DNA from: Octopus vulgaris
Taxonomy: Eukaryota
Reading direction: 5' to 3'
Assembly: GCA_951406725.2 (NCBI GenBank)
Contig: OX597819.1
Location: forward strand, 111,538,001 to 111,602,000
DNA: 64,000 nucleotides
The translations under genes were made by a program, and so were the position numbers. Position 1 is the stretch's first letter. Every line of letters starts with the position of its first letter. Below, one piece after another: positions 43,816 to 56,083 of this stretch. A model generated the notes under the pieces. That model ran no database searches. It saw only the letters and a list, made by a program, of their open reading frames with translations, and was not told the DNA's origin.

Positions 43816-43829
43816 ATTATTATTATTGT

Positions 43830-44104
43830 GGAGGCACATGGCCTAGTGGTAAGAGCAGCGGTCACGCGGTCGAGGGATCGCGGGTTCGAATCTCAGACTG
43901 GGCGATGTGTGTATTTATGAGCTCCAGCAGAAGGTAATGGCAAACTTCTGACTCTTTCGCCACAACTTTCTCTCCTTCTTTCCTCCTGCACCTTGCAGCT
44001 CACCTGCGACGGACCGGCGTCCCGTCCAGGTGGGGAACCTATACGCCAAGTAAACCGGGAAACCGGCCCTAATGAGCCAGGCGTGGCTCGAGAAGGAACA
44101 AACA
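43830..44104 (+). mobile_element. SINE family A'
   Basis: Match to 5984-6216. Confidence 0.85.
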
Positions 44105-44163
44105 TATTTATTATTATTACTGTTGTTGTTGTTGTTATTATTATTATTATTAAGACAGCGAAC

Positions 44164-44376
44164 AAGGCGGCGAGCTGGCAGAGTTGTTAGCACGCTGGAC
44201 GAAATGCTTAGCGGTATTTCGTCCGTCGCTACGTTCTGAGTTCAAATTGCACCGAGTCGACTTTGCTTCTCATCCTTTCGGGGTCGATAAATTAAGTACC
44301 AGTTGAGTACTGGGGTTGAAGTAATCGACTATCACCCTCCCCCAAATTTCAGGCCTTGTGCCTTTAGTAGAAAGGA
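44164..44376 (+). mobile_element. SINE family B (tail 2), near full length
   Basis: aaggcggcgagctggcaga...ccccaaatttcaggccttgtgcctttagtagaaagga then (CTA)n. Confidence 0.9.
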
Positions 44377-44632
44377 CTACTACTACTACTACTACTACTA
44401 CTACAAGACAGAGACAGACAGAGACGTAGACTGACAAGCAGGCACATGTCATCGGAGAGAGAAAGAGGCCACCACAATCGTTTGCACACGAAGTTGTTTT
44501 CTAGTGTTTCTAGAAAACCGTATGTAAAGTCTTCGTTCGGGCGTATCCCAACGCACGTGTTCAGATAGCATCGAGGAATGGGTAAGGATGAATACACGTA
44601 TTTGCCTTTATCCGGAAAGCAACCTAGTAACA

Positions 44633-44839
<207 letters not shown>

Positions 44840-44912
44840 GGGCATATGGCTCAGTGGTTAAGAGCGCGGGTTGCTAACCCCAAGATTCCAAGTTCGATTC
44901 CAAGCAGACCAG
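44840..44912 (+). mobile_element. tRNA-like SINE head (GCT anticodon-like loop)
   Basis: TGGCTCAGTGGTTAAGAGCG A box, GGG-TTGCTAA-CCC arm, AGTTCGATTCC B box; acceptor stem does not pair. Confidence 0.65.
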
Positions 44913-44925
44913 AATAATAGTAATA

Positions 44926-45477
44926 GGTTCTCATGGCTTCTGATCTTAACTGATTGGAAGTGTTATCATGTACATTGTTTTGTCTTGGTATAAAAGATGG
45001 GCTATAGCAAATATTCTGCTCAATACCACAGATTTGCTTGTCAGTTGTTTCGCCTTAACCAGTTGAGCATGTCCCTTAGTGGCTGATGATATGTACATCT
45101 CTGATCACGAGCAGAAGTAGTGGGGGAGTATCATAGCTATGTCTTGAGAGGGATTCTTTGGGGTATGAATAATTCACCTCTGGAAACATGGGTGTTTCGT
45201 TCAACATCCTTAAACAACCCTTACTCAGGGACCTTTTGAGCAGGATGGGCTACTCGACCAGAAGAAAATTCTAACTGGGCCAGACCTACAAGGTCATGCG
45301 CTGTTTATCTTGATATGAGATCACCATGTCGCGCACATATGGTTGTGATGCATGTGCCTAGTGTACCCTTATCAGACGTGTAGTCATGATGGGTATACTG
45401 GGCTTCGTATATTTTACCCCAGTGTCACTCTGATGGCATGCACTGCTCTCTCACTCAATAATGATAATAATAATAAT
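44926..45477 (+). mobile_element. Long noncoding repeat body ending in (AAT)n (putative tRNA-His SINE body)
   Basis: Near-identical second copy at 45480-45661; 5' end matches the sequence following the tRNA-His at 57130-57168. Confidence 0.7.
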
Positions 45478-45479
45478 GT

Positions 45480-45661
45480 ACATGCACCAGACAGTGGCTT
45501 CTGATCTTAACTGATTGGAAGTGTTATCGTATATTGTTTTGTCTTGGTATAAAAGATGGGCTATAGCAAATATTCTGCTCAATACCACAGATTTGCTTGT
45601 CAGTTGTTTGACCTTAACCAGTTGAGAATGTCCCTTAGTGGCTGATGATATGTGCATCTCT
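45480..45661 (+). mobile_element. Second, 3'-truncated copy of the same repeat
   Basis: Direct repeat of 44934-45102. Confidence 0.8.
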
Positions 45662-46152
45662 GGTGGTAATGGTACTGGTGGTAGTGGTGGTGGCGGCGGT
45701 GGCGGTGGTGGTGGTGGTGGTGGTGGCGGTAGGACAAATATCCATCAAATGTAAATAATGTGAGTGTGTATGTATATATATATACAGTGTACATCTAAAC
45801 ACATAAGAAGCAGCCATCATAGGACTCCTTGCACGCGAGAAAGAACAGTTAAATTCCAAACCACTATTAGGGATAAAAACTTCGAAGGGAATGAAAAATA
45901 AAAACATTTACCATCTAAATCCTGGACCATGGTTTCAGACATTTTAGCAAATAAAATAATTTGTTGGCGAAGACTTCTTCAGCAGGTACACCCAAGATTA
46001 AACATATATACATGAGGCAATCCAGTATATGCCCCGTGTTTATACATACTAACTTTTCAAATCTAGCGCGCAAGCGCAGCTCCTTGTCGGCAGTAAATAA
46101 AATTGCCGGCTTAGTAGAAATTTCTAATATTTCTTATTACCCTTGATATTAT

Positions 46153-46206
<54 letters not shown>

Positions 46207-46208
<2 letters not shown>

Positions 46209-47100
46209 GGGGATAGCATATGCCAGCAACAGGAGTTTCACCGCGGATTTCTATAGCAGGTTAGTGGAATTTATGTCTGAAGTCGCCTTGGGAGATACCC
46301 TGGGCTACGATGAAAATCAGTTGGTCAATCTGTTCAGGAGAATGTTCGGGCCGAGGTATTTGGATAATTACCAGAAATCCCTGGCCTGGCAGTATTTCCG
46401 TGCGGCGTTACCTGTTCGTGATAAGCTGCCAAGGCACTGAAGTGCCGTCTCGCCGACATTCCTGCGATGTGAGCAGGATAGCGAGACCGTCTTGCACGCA
46501 TTTGTGGAGTGTCCGGAGTTATCGGGACTGATAGCTTTTGCCGAACAACTGTTGTCAGTGATGGGAAGAGTACGGCTATCAGCTGAGTCTATCATCGAGA
46601 TTGTGCTGCCTCCTTTCCTCAACTGGGAAAGGAAGGCTTGTTTTTTCTGCGTAGTAGACATACTGAAAGAAATAGTATGGAAGACGCGTATGAAAGGTAT
46701 AGTGACAGGCACCTTCGTCTCTGGCCAGGGGCTGGTCAAATTTTTTAGTTACCACCTCGGTAGTAAGATCAGGATGGAGAAGAGGTGTTTGTCACGAGAT
46801 ATGTTTGTGAAAAGATGGAAGCTCGTGGTGTGCAGGCTGGGTATAAGTGGCACCAGGTAGGTGGGGCCGGGTTGAAAAGTAAAGTTTCTGCCCAGATGGC
46901 TGGGTGCCTTGCCTTCGACACGATTTATATGAAAATTTTTTAACTTGTTGATACCCTTTGTATAATTCCTTGTTCATAATTTCATTCATTATTTCATTAG
47001 TAATTTTTAATCGCTAAAAGATTATTTACTCTTTGTGTTTGTCCTTGTTTGTTCCCTCTTTGTAAATGCCTTAAAGGCAAATTATATATGAAATAAAGAA
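46207..47100 (+). mobile_element. Tx1/L1-clade LINE 3' end (zf-RVT region plus 3' UTR)
   Basis: QKSLAWQYFRAALPVRDKLPRH*...RCEQDSETVLHAFVECP...IVWKTR; one premature stop; ORF ends at 46860. Confidence 0.85.
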
Positions 47101-47473
47101 GCTTGCTTCCCAACAATATGCTTCCGTGTTCAGTCCCATTTCGGGGCACCATCGGCAAGTGTCTTCTAATATTGCCTCGGGCCAACCTAAACCTTGTGAA
47201 CCGATTTGGTAGAAGGAAACTGAAAGAAGCCCGTCGTATATGTGTGTGTGTGCTTGTGTGTGTGAATGTGTAGTTGGGTGTCTGTGTTTGACCTCCATCG
47301 CTTGGCAACCGATGTTGGTGTGTGTATACGCCCTCGTAACTTAGCGGTTCGGCAAAAGCGACCGATAGAATAAGTACTAGGCTAACAAAAAATAAATCCT
47401 GGGGCTGATTTGTTCGACTAAAGGCGGTGCTCCAGCACGGCCGCAGTCAAATAACTGAAGTAAAAGAGTAAAA
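47098..47473 (+). mobile_element. SINE family C
   Basis: Reverse-complement match to 8925-9360. Confidence 0.85.
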
Positions 47474-47475
47474 GC

Positions 47476-47511
<36 letters not shown>

Positions 47512-47744
47512 TCGCGTGTGTGTATGTAAGTTTGTATGTATGCATTTATGTATGTATGTATGTATGTATGTATGTATGTATGTATGTAGTACATGCACAC
47601 ACATACATACATTCATGTATGTTTGTATATTTGTAGTGACCCCGTATGTACGCGCGAGATCATGCTCTGTTTTATCAACTTGTTATCTTATTCTAGATAA
47701 ACGATGTATAAACACACTTTCACGGCATCAACAACATTAGCTTT

Positions 47745-47783
<39 letters not shown>

Positions 47784-48265
47784 TACAACAGCAACAACAG
47801 GAACAACATGAACGGCAGTCCTGAAAAGAGCAACCGTCATCGTTGGTACGGTAATCGGTGTCAAACGCACAATATGATGTAACCTACAACAACAACCATA
47901 ACAAAAACAACAACAATAACAGCGATAACAACATGAATCATAAATGGGATTTCTAACATAGTCACACAAGGCGGTAACATTTGAAAGATGGGAGTAGTTT
48001 GATTATGATAAAATAAATGCGCTCGTTTAAAGCCTAGCCAGGCTCATGGGCCCGGTTTCCCGAAAGGACGTTGATAAAACTGATTGATTCATTGACCGAA
48101 CGTTTAAGCAAACAATCGATTAATTAATTAGTTAAATAGTTAGCCAATCAACAAATTAAGAAGTGAAGTGTAATAGAACAGAGCGTGTGTATGTATATGT
48201 GTATTTGTTTGTATGTATGTATTTATATGGCTAAATGTACGTGTGTGTATGTATGTCATTAATAA

Positions 48266-48522
48266 TAAAATAAATGCGCCCTTTTAAAACCTAGCCAGGC
48301 TCATGGGCCCGGTTTCCCGGTTTCAATGGCGTTTGTGTTCCCCAGCTGGACGGGACTCCAGTCCATCGCAGCGTTACACCTTTTTGCCGGCTGAGTGGAC
48401 TGGAATAAAGTGAAATGAAGTGATTTGCTCAAGAACACAACACGTCGCCTGGTCCATGAATCGAAACAGCAACCTTACGATCATGATGCTGACACCCTAA
48501 CCACTAAGCCACGCGCCTCCAC
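48266..48522 (-). mobile_element. SINE family F (D/E-like head plus A'-like tail); extra tail copy at 48008-48062
   Basis: GTGGAGGCGCGTGGCTTAGTGGTTAGGG head; GAAACCGGGAAACCGGGCCCATGAGCC tail. Confidence 0.8.
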
Positions 48523-48554
48523 GTTTGTTTATATGTAGCTCAGTATTTGATATT

Positions 48555-48922
48555 GTCTTCTAACTATCTCTGCATGTTGGAGAATTGAGTGTGCTTCGGC
48601 GTGTTTTGAACTCGGTGTGTAAAACTGCTATATTGTGGCATTATTTCAAGCCAGGCGGCTTTTTTTTTACGCAAACTGCACGTACATTTTTCTCGCGTAC
48701 GCGTAGTATCGATCGCAACAGCTGATGTACTTGCGCGTACAAATGCACGTTTCCACAGCTTTATCGATCGCATTATCATCTGGAATCGATTTTTATAATT
48801 TTTTCAAGACATATACACGCCCTGATACCGTCGGTATCTACAGATCAAATTTGAGCGCAATCGAATGGAGGATGCCCGAGATCCTAGAAGACACAGACAG
48901 ACAGAACGGATTTTATATAATA
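48555..48922 (-). mobile_element. Possible old non-autonomous Helitron
   Basis: Minus-strand start TATATAAAATCCGTTCTGTCTGTCTGT resembles Helitron 5' ends; 3' CTAG is degenerate. Confidence 0.35.
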
Positions 48923-48928
48923 TACATG

Positions 48929-48980
<52 letters not shown>

Positions 48981-49008
48981 TGTATGTATGTACTGTATGT
49001 ATGTATGT

Positions 49009-49342
49009 AAAGGGTAAAGACCCCCTTCGGTCATGAATGACCATGGGATTGCACCTAGAAAGTTACCCTCCTAGACACAAGTCCGGGCAAGGTTGTTTAT
49101 GGAAGACCAGCAGTCGCCCATGCATACCAGCCTCCCCTCTCCACGCCACCAGTGTTATCCAAGGGAAAGACAAAGGTCGATACAGCTTGGCACCAGTGAC
49201 GTCGCAACTCATTTCTACAGCTGAGTGAACTGGAGCAACGTGAAATAAAGTGCTTTGCTCAAGAACACAACACGCAGCCCGGTCCGGGATTCGAGCTCAC
49301 AACCTCACGATCGTAAGCTCGACGCTCTAACCACTGAGCCAT
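49009..49342 (-). mobile_element. SINE family E, full length
   Basis: ATGGCTCAGTGGTTAGAGCG...GAGCTCGAATCCC boxes; homolog at 16492. Confidence 0.9.
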
Positions 49343-49404
49343 TGTATGTATGTATGTATGTATGTATGTATGTATGTATGTATGTATGTATGTATGTATG
49401 TAGT

Positions 49405-49612
49405 CTTTTACGTGCTTGAATCATGAGATTGCAGCGATGCTGGGGAACTGTCTTGTAGAATTTTTAGTTGAATGTATCAACGCCAATACTTATTTTTTAT
49501 AAGCCTAGTACTTATTCTATCGGTCTGTTTTGCTGAACTGCTTAGTTACGGAGATGTAAACACACCAGCACCGATTGTCAAGCAGTGATGGAGGAACAAA
49601 CACAAACACAAA

Positions 49613-49704
<92 letters not shown>

Positions 49705-49751
49705 CACATATACATATATATATATACATACATATATATATACATATATAC

Positions 49752-49782
<31 letters not shown>

Positions 49783-50003
49783 CATACATATATGCATACA
49801 TATATACATACATATATATATATATATGTATGTATGTATACACACATATACGATGGGCTTCTTTCAGTTTCTATCAACCGAATCCACTGACAAGGCTTTG
49901 GTCAGTGTGAGGCTATAGTAGAAGGAACTAACCCAAGTTTCCACGCAGTTAGACTTAATCCGGAAGCATGTGGTTGGGAAACAAACTTCTTACGCACAGC
50001 CAC
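49405..50003 (-). mobile_element. SINE family C with expanded internal microsatellite
   Basis: Match to 8925-9360. Confidence 0.85.
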
Positions 50004-50090
50004 AGAGTTTGAAGTGATGTACAATTCCAAAATTCTGACCGCCGCCTTTTTCTAAGTAGATATATGTATATCTATCTTTCTATTTATCTC

Positions 50091-50121
<31 letters not shown>

Positions 50122-50136
50122 TTCTATATACACACG

Positions 50137-50195
<59 letters not shown>

Positions 50196-51009
50196 GCACA
50201 TACTTCTGGGAATGTATTTATGGATAAGTACTGTGACAGAAAACAAAGATTGTAGAGTGTGTATGCCTGTGTGTGTGTGTGTGTGTGCGTTCGTGTTTGT
50301 GTGTGTGTGTGTGTGTGCACAAGTAAAAGAGGTAGGGAGAAAGACATATAGAAAGGGACATACAGAAAGGGAGACAGACAGGCAGACAGACTGACAGTCA
50401 GAAAGAGTGAAGGTGAGGATGACAGAAAGGGGAACAATTTAAAAGTTCAAAGAGGCAGAACTGAAGATGAAATTCACCAAATTCTCGGTTATAATGCAAG
50501 CATAGAGATAGATAATCCTTGTATTTAAGATTAAACTTCGTTGTCTGGGATTCATGACTCAGAAAGGGGCTAATAGAACGGGGTCAGCGTATAGATAAAG
50601 GGTCAGGTTGTTGATAGCATTACTCCATAATGCCTGGAGAGGGTGGTAGTGGTAGTTGTGATGATGTTGTTTATTATTGTTGGATTTTCTCGTCGCTTCA
50701 ATGATCGCAGGTTCAGTATGATACAGCCGCCGCAAAAACGACCATCACCCTATGGTCGCCTGTGCGCAGTTCAAAGCTGAAGAGTTTCAGTAGCATCCTC
50801 TACTTGTACCAGACTGTTGCTTATTTCTGCGGAATAAATGATAATCAGATGAGGCAATGTCCGGCGAATATGGAATGTCATCTCCGTTGCATGTGACCGA
50901 ACATTATCCTGATGGAAGAACACTTTGCGTCTCGAAACCAAAGATGGTCGTTTTTCTTTTAGCGCTGACTTAAGCCGCTCACACTGCTCGCAGCAGATCT
51001 CCTTTGTTA

Positions 51010-51120
51010 TCTTGCCCCGGAGCTATAGTCGAAGACGCTTGTCCAAAGTGCCACGCAGTGGGAATGAACCCGAAACCATATGCTTGAGAAGCAAGCTTCC
51101 TATCATAAAGCCACGTCAGC
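51010..51120 (-). mobile_element. SINE family C head fragment
   Basis: gctatagtcgaagacgcttgtccaaagtgccacgcagtggga. Confidence 0.7.
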
Positions 51121-51254
51121 GGCATATATATATAAAGATATAATTTTCTAACTTTCATTTAAAGATTATTATTATTAATTTATTGTTTACACTTCTACTG
51201 TTTTGAAAATCAACACATGCTTTCAACGGTTTTTGTTATAAGACAGACGTGAAG

Positions 51255-51310
51255 AGTCGCAGATGAGGATTAAGATGGTTTACGTCAAAATCCGAAATCG
51301 CGATCTGACT
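51255..51310 (+). ncRNA. Minimal hammerhead ribozyme with one core change (U4A)
   Basis: AGTCG-CAGATGA-GGATT..AATCC-GAAA-T CGCG A-TC^TGACT; all three helices pair. Confidence 0.65.
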
Positions 51311-51522
51311 ATGTACGCTGGAGTCTTACCACCCTTTGTCTGTCATTAAGACAATTCTTTTGTGTCTTTTGAATAGTTTGACTCATATTTCTAGCAAAAG
51401 CGGTGCTAGTCAGTACCCTCTGTCAACTTTTGTGGCCTCTGTTAATTTTGTCTCTAGGTTCTAATTGGTAATAAGCCACCCTTCTTAACTTTTTAATTTG
51501 TTTTATATATATATATAAAGGC

Positions 51523-51715
51523 AGGCGTAGGAGTGGCTGTGTGATAAGTAGCTTGCTTACGAACCACATGGTTCCGAGTTCATACCCACTGCGAGGTACC
51601 TTGAGCAAGTGTTTCTACTCTAGCCCCGGGCCGACCAAAGCCTTGTTAGTGGATTTGGTAGACTGAAACTGAAAGAGGCCCGTCGTATATATGTGTATAT
51701 ATATATATATGTATA

Positions 51716-51795
<80 letters not shown>

Positions 51796-52027
51796 TGTGT
51801 GTGTATGTTTGTGTGTCTGTGTTTATCCACCCAACATCGCTTGACAACCGATGCCGGTGTGTTTACATCCCCGTTAGCTAGCGGTTCGGCAAAAGACCGA
51901 TAGAATAAGTACTAGGCTTACAAAGAACAAGTCCTGGAGTCGATTTGCTCGACTAAAAGTGGTGCTCCAGCATGGCCAACGTCACATGACTGAAACAAGT
52001 AAAAGAGTAAAAGAGTAAAGAGTAAGA
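51523..52027 (+). mobile_element. SINE family C, full length with (GTAAAAGA)n tail
   Basis: Reverse-complement match to 8925-9360. Confidence 0.9.
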
Positions 52028-52052
52028 GTGTATATATATATATATATATATA

Positions 52053-52202
52053 TTTCGTTTTTGGATTTGGTTTGCAAGAATCTTTATGTGAGTTCATATG
52101 TTGAAGCATATTCTTTTTTGTCTGGGGAGAGTCATTCTCTTTTTGTACTTCATAATTTAACACACTCACCAGTAAAATTTCCAGTTATTCCTTATTTTTA
52201 TT
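52053..52202 (+). repeat. Unclassified dispersed repeat
   Basis: Homologous to 62112-62300 (both orientations) and partly to 29714-29795. Confidence 0.75.
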
Positions 52203-52213
52203 CATTTTGTTTT

Positions 52214-52378
<165 letters not shown>

Positions 52379-52954
52379 CATATATTTATACATATATATA
52401 CATATACATACATACATACATACATACATACATACATACATACATACATACATACATACATACATACATACATACATACTGGAGACAGGTCATTAGATAC
52501 ATTTTAGATCTATAACAAATTATCTACTTCATCTGAAATTTGAATATGGCGACTAGAAAAGCTTAAGCAGTTTTTGAATCTGGGGGAAAAAGGATTCGTC
52601 ACGACTTCTGGAGAGCGAAAGTAATAAACAGGACTTTCCACTCTCGGAAGTCCTTAAGATTTATAAAAAAATTTAAATTAACACATAATATATTAATCTA
52701 AATTTTCTTAGATAAAATTGTAGCAGAAAGGAAGCGAATAATGCAAACATTGCAAAGCCTCATTATGCAAACGAAGTCAATGACTGAAAGGACAATCACA
52801 GCATCGAGACGCTATGCGGTAATTAAGCTTTTAAATTAATGATAATGGGTGTTTAGCATTCATTATGCGCTAGTAGAAGTTATCTTCACACAAGTATGTA
52901 TATATACACACACATATATATATATTTTTAAACGCATATAATATATATATTCTA

Positions 52955-53140
52955 TTTTTTACTTGTTTCAGTCACTAGATTGCTGCCATGCTGGAGCATC
53001 GCATTGAAAAGGATTTTGGTCGAATAAATTGACCCTTGGCAATTTTATCGGTCCCTTTTGCCGAACTGGTAAATTACGGGGCCGTAAACACACCAACACC
53101 AGTTACCAAGCGGTGGCTGAGGACAAACATACACACACAC
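52955..53140 (-). mobile_element. SINE family C 3' half
   Basis: Match to the family C tail. Confidence 0.75.
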
Positions 53141-53212
53141 ATGCATACATATATACATACATACATACATACATATATATATATTCTTTTCTTTTTCTTT
53201 TTCTTTTTTGAC

Positions 53213-53468
53213 TGACCAGGCTTCGCATTGTTTTTAGCCTTCAAATGACGCCACCCCGCCGGCTAAGCGAGCAGGCCAACAGAAGAAAGAGTGAGAGAAA
53301 GTTGTGGCGAAAGAGTACTGCAGGAATCGCCCCCCCCCCCCTGCCGGAGCCTTGTGGAGCTTTTTAGGTGTTTACGCTCAATAAACACTCACAAGGCCCG
53401 GTCTGGAAGTCGAAACCGCGATCCTACAACCGCGAGTCCGCTGCCCTAACCACTTGGCCATTGCGCCT

Positions 53469-53470
<2 letters not shown>
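53213..53470 (-). mobile_element. SINE family A (tail type 2)
   Basis: Head and body match 4710-4893; tail differs. Confidence 0.85.
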
Positions 53471-53547
<77 letters not shown>

Positions 53548-53551
53548 TATA

Positions 53552-53921
53552 TCTCTCTATATATAAACGGCAGTTTGTCTGTGCGTGTTTCTGTGTGTCT
53601 GTTTGCTTGTACCCTCACCCTGACCACGGCTTTCAACCGATTCTGCTGAAACTTGACACACACATAGCCCAATGTCATAATTCAAAACTAACGCAGCGAA
53701 AATTTTGAAAAGTTCCCCCAGTTCTGAAAAAATCGATAAAATCGACATGGGGTCGAGAATCAGAAACAAACCACAGACTGTCTAGGGGACGCAACTCAAC
53801 CTTTTTTAACTCAAAAAAAAATTTACCATCATTTTTTTGCTATTTTTTGGCTATAACTCTCTAAAAATGCTTTATAGTTATTTCCCTTACAAACCTGAGC
53901 AACGCCGGGCGATACTGCTAG
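53552..53921 (+). mobile_element. Non-autonomous Helitron, complete ends
   Basis: 5' TCTCTCTATATATAAA; 3' hairpin CCTG-AGCAACGC-CGGG then CTAG; inserted between A and T in (AT)n, no TSD. Confidence 0.8.
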
Positions 53922-53965
<44 letters not shown>

Positions 53966-53967
53966 TA

Positions 53968-54077
53968 CAGGTTCAGTCCCACTGCATGGCACCTTGGACA
54001 AGTATTTTCTGATATAGCCCTGGGCTGACCAAAAACTTGTAGACGGGAACTGAAAAAAGGCCGTCGCATGTCTACAT

Positions 54078-54138
<61 letters not shown>

Positions 54139-54395
54139 GATCTACCTAGCTATGTACATACACATGCACGCACACACACATATGTGTGTGTGTGTGTTTA
54201 CCATCCATCACCACTTTACAATTGGTGTTGGTGTGTTTACGCCCCCGTAACTTAGCGGTTCGGCAACAAAGACCGAAAAATTATTTACCAGATTTTAAAA
54301 TTTAAGTACTGGAATCGATCTATCCGACTGTATATTCTTCCATACGGTGCCCCAGGATGGCGACAGTTTAATGACAAGTCAAATACAAAAGATAA
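53968..54395 (+). mobile_element. SINE family C, diverged
   Basis: ggttcagtcccactgcatggcaccttgg...ccccgtaacttagcggttcggcaa. Confidence 0.8.
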
Positions 54396-54723
54396 AACAT
54401 AATATACAGGAGTTTTCCAAAAGCAGGTTTACAGTTATCACGAATGCAATTTAAATTCCTTCTAAAACATTTTATTATATTGAAATTTCTATCTACCATC
54501 ACTTTATCGTGCTGCTACTGTATAAGTCTCTCTGAGAGATTTAGAAATGTAATATATCTAATTTTGTAGATCAATTAATTTATTTCGCTTTAAACTCTAT
54601 AAGTTTTCAAAGGTGAATAAGTATGGACAGCTATCAAACCACGCCCTTTTGTTGTTGTTTTTTTTAAGAATTATAAGCGAAATTTTTTTGTGCAAAGTCA
54701 CCATCGTTGGGTGAAAGTGAATA

Positions 54724-55529
54724 ATGGAGAAAATGAAAAGTTATGCGGAGGCTACTGGAGGTCGAGATACCCTAGACCCACGTGTGCTGAAACCGGAGAG
54801 GATGGAGTGGAATGAAGAGAAGATAACCAAATATTGTGATATGATAAAGAAAGAAGGGTCAAATATAAAATTGACCCTGGCAGGGGAGGAAAAAAGAAAA
54901 AAAAACAAGACGGTAATGTTCAGAACATTTTCGAATGTAAATAGAATAGAACACGCGCTGCAGGAAGAGATAGAGGAAATGTTGGAGGAACACATAGGAG
55001 AAGGGATGGCGTTCTTTACAAGGGGAAGGAAATATGCAACTATAATAGTAACCTTTGTATCAGAAGAGGAAGCGAAAAAAGCGACAACATGACGTTACAA
55101 GGAGAAAAATGGACGTTGATGCCAAACTGTTTGGGCAAAAGTATCGTTAGGGTTAGGGTGGGAAGAATCCCACCGTCGATAGACCCAGAATGGGTAATAG
55201 CCGCAATTTTTAATTCAGAGCTGAGGAAGAATGGAGAAGACCTGAGGATTGGCATAATAAACAGAACACAACAATTGAAATGTTGGGGCTATAGTATAGA
55301 AATAATCTGTGCAGTAAGCCCGAAATATTACGACGAAATGGCGGAAACTTTGGAATTACCAAACGGAGAAAAGCTGGAAATGATGTTGGAGGGAAGATCC
55401 CCAAAGTGTTACGGATGTGGTGAAAGAGGGCACCTGAGAAGGAAATGTCCTAGAGCAGCAGTGGAAATGGTAGAGGAGAGTGTTGAGGAAGATATAATGG
55501 TAGAAATCTGGGAGATTCTTTTACGGTAG
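54724..55529 (+). pseudogene. Non-LTR retrotransposon ORF1 (Tx1/L1-like) with CCHC zinc knuckle; frameshifted near 55089 and 3'-truncated
   Basis: CYGCGERGHLRRKC = CX2CX4HX4C; RRM-like FFTRGRKYATIIVTF and VRVRVGRIPP. Confidence 0.75.
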
Positions 55530-55631
55530 AGACATAGCTAGTTGTTTGGCTGCTATTTCTAAATTTTCGGTATGTGGTGAAGCAAAGTTTTTTACTGAAC
55601 CCTAATTATAATTATACTCATAATTATAAAA

Positions 55632-55678
<47 letters not shown>

Positions 55679-55718
55679 AGAAATCAAAACTTCGTTTTTC
55701 ATATTTTGCTGCTTTGTG

Positions 55719-56049
55719 TCACTTCGTGGATATTGTAACGGCTGTTGTCGATGGTGTTGGTGTTACAGCTGCTGCTGCTGATGATGATACTGTTGTTGTT
55801 TTTGTTAGTGGTGGTGGTTGTGCTGGTTGTGCTGGTAGTAATTGTGCTGATGTAGGTGGTGGTAGTGCTGGGGGTGATAGTGGTCTTGATGTTGTTCTCT
55901 TAAGTCCAGAGGAATGTGGAAGGTGAACACACACACACACACACACACACACAGAGAAACATCCTCGAACCAAATCAGAAAACAAGAAACATAGAAACAT
56001 AAAGAGTATTAGAAGAGAAGTGTTGTATGAGGAACGGGAGGGGAGCAGA

Positions 56050-56083
<34 letters not shown>

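Noticed and set aside
44425-44632. Possible LTR end (minus-strand TGTTACTAGG...)
   Set aside because: No partner LTR, PBS, PPT or TSD visible
44840-44912. Functional tRNA-Ser(GCT)
   Set aside because: No long variable arm; acceptor and T stems do not pair; better explained as a SINE head
50860-50955. Hammerhead-like CTGATGG...CGAAAC
   Set aside because: Core is mutated and helices I and III do not pair
55089-55092. ATGA stop-start overlap suggesting coupled translation
   Set aside because: A single-base indel in one ORF1 is simpler; both halves look like one protein
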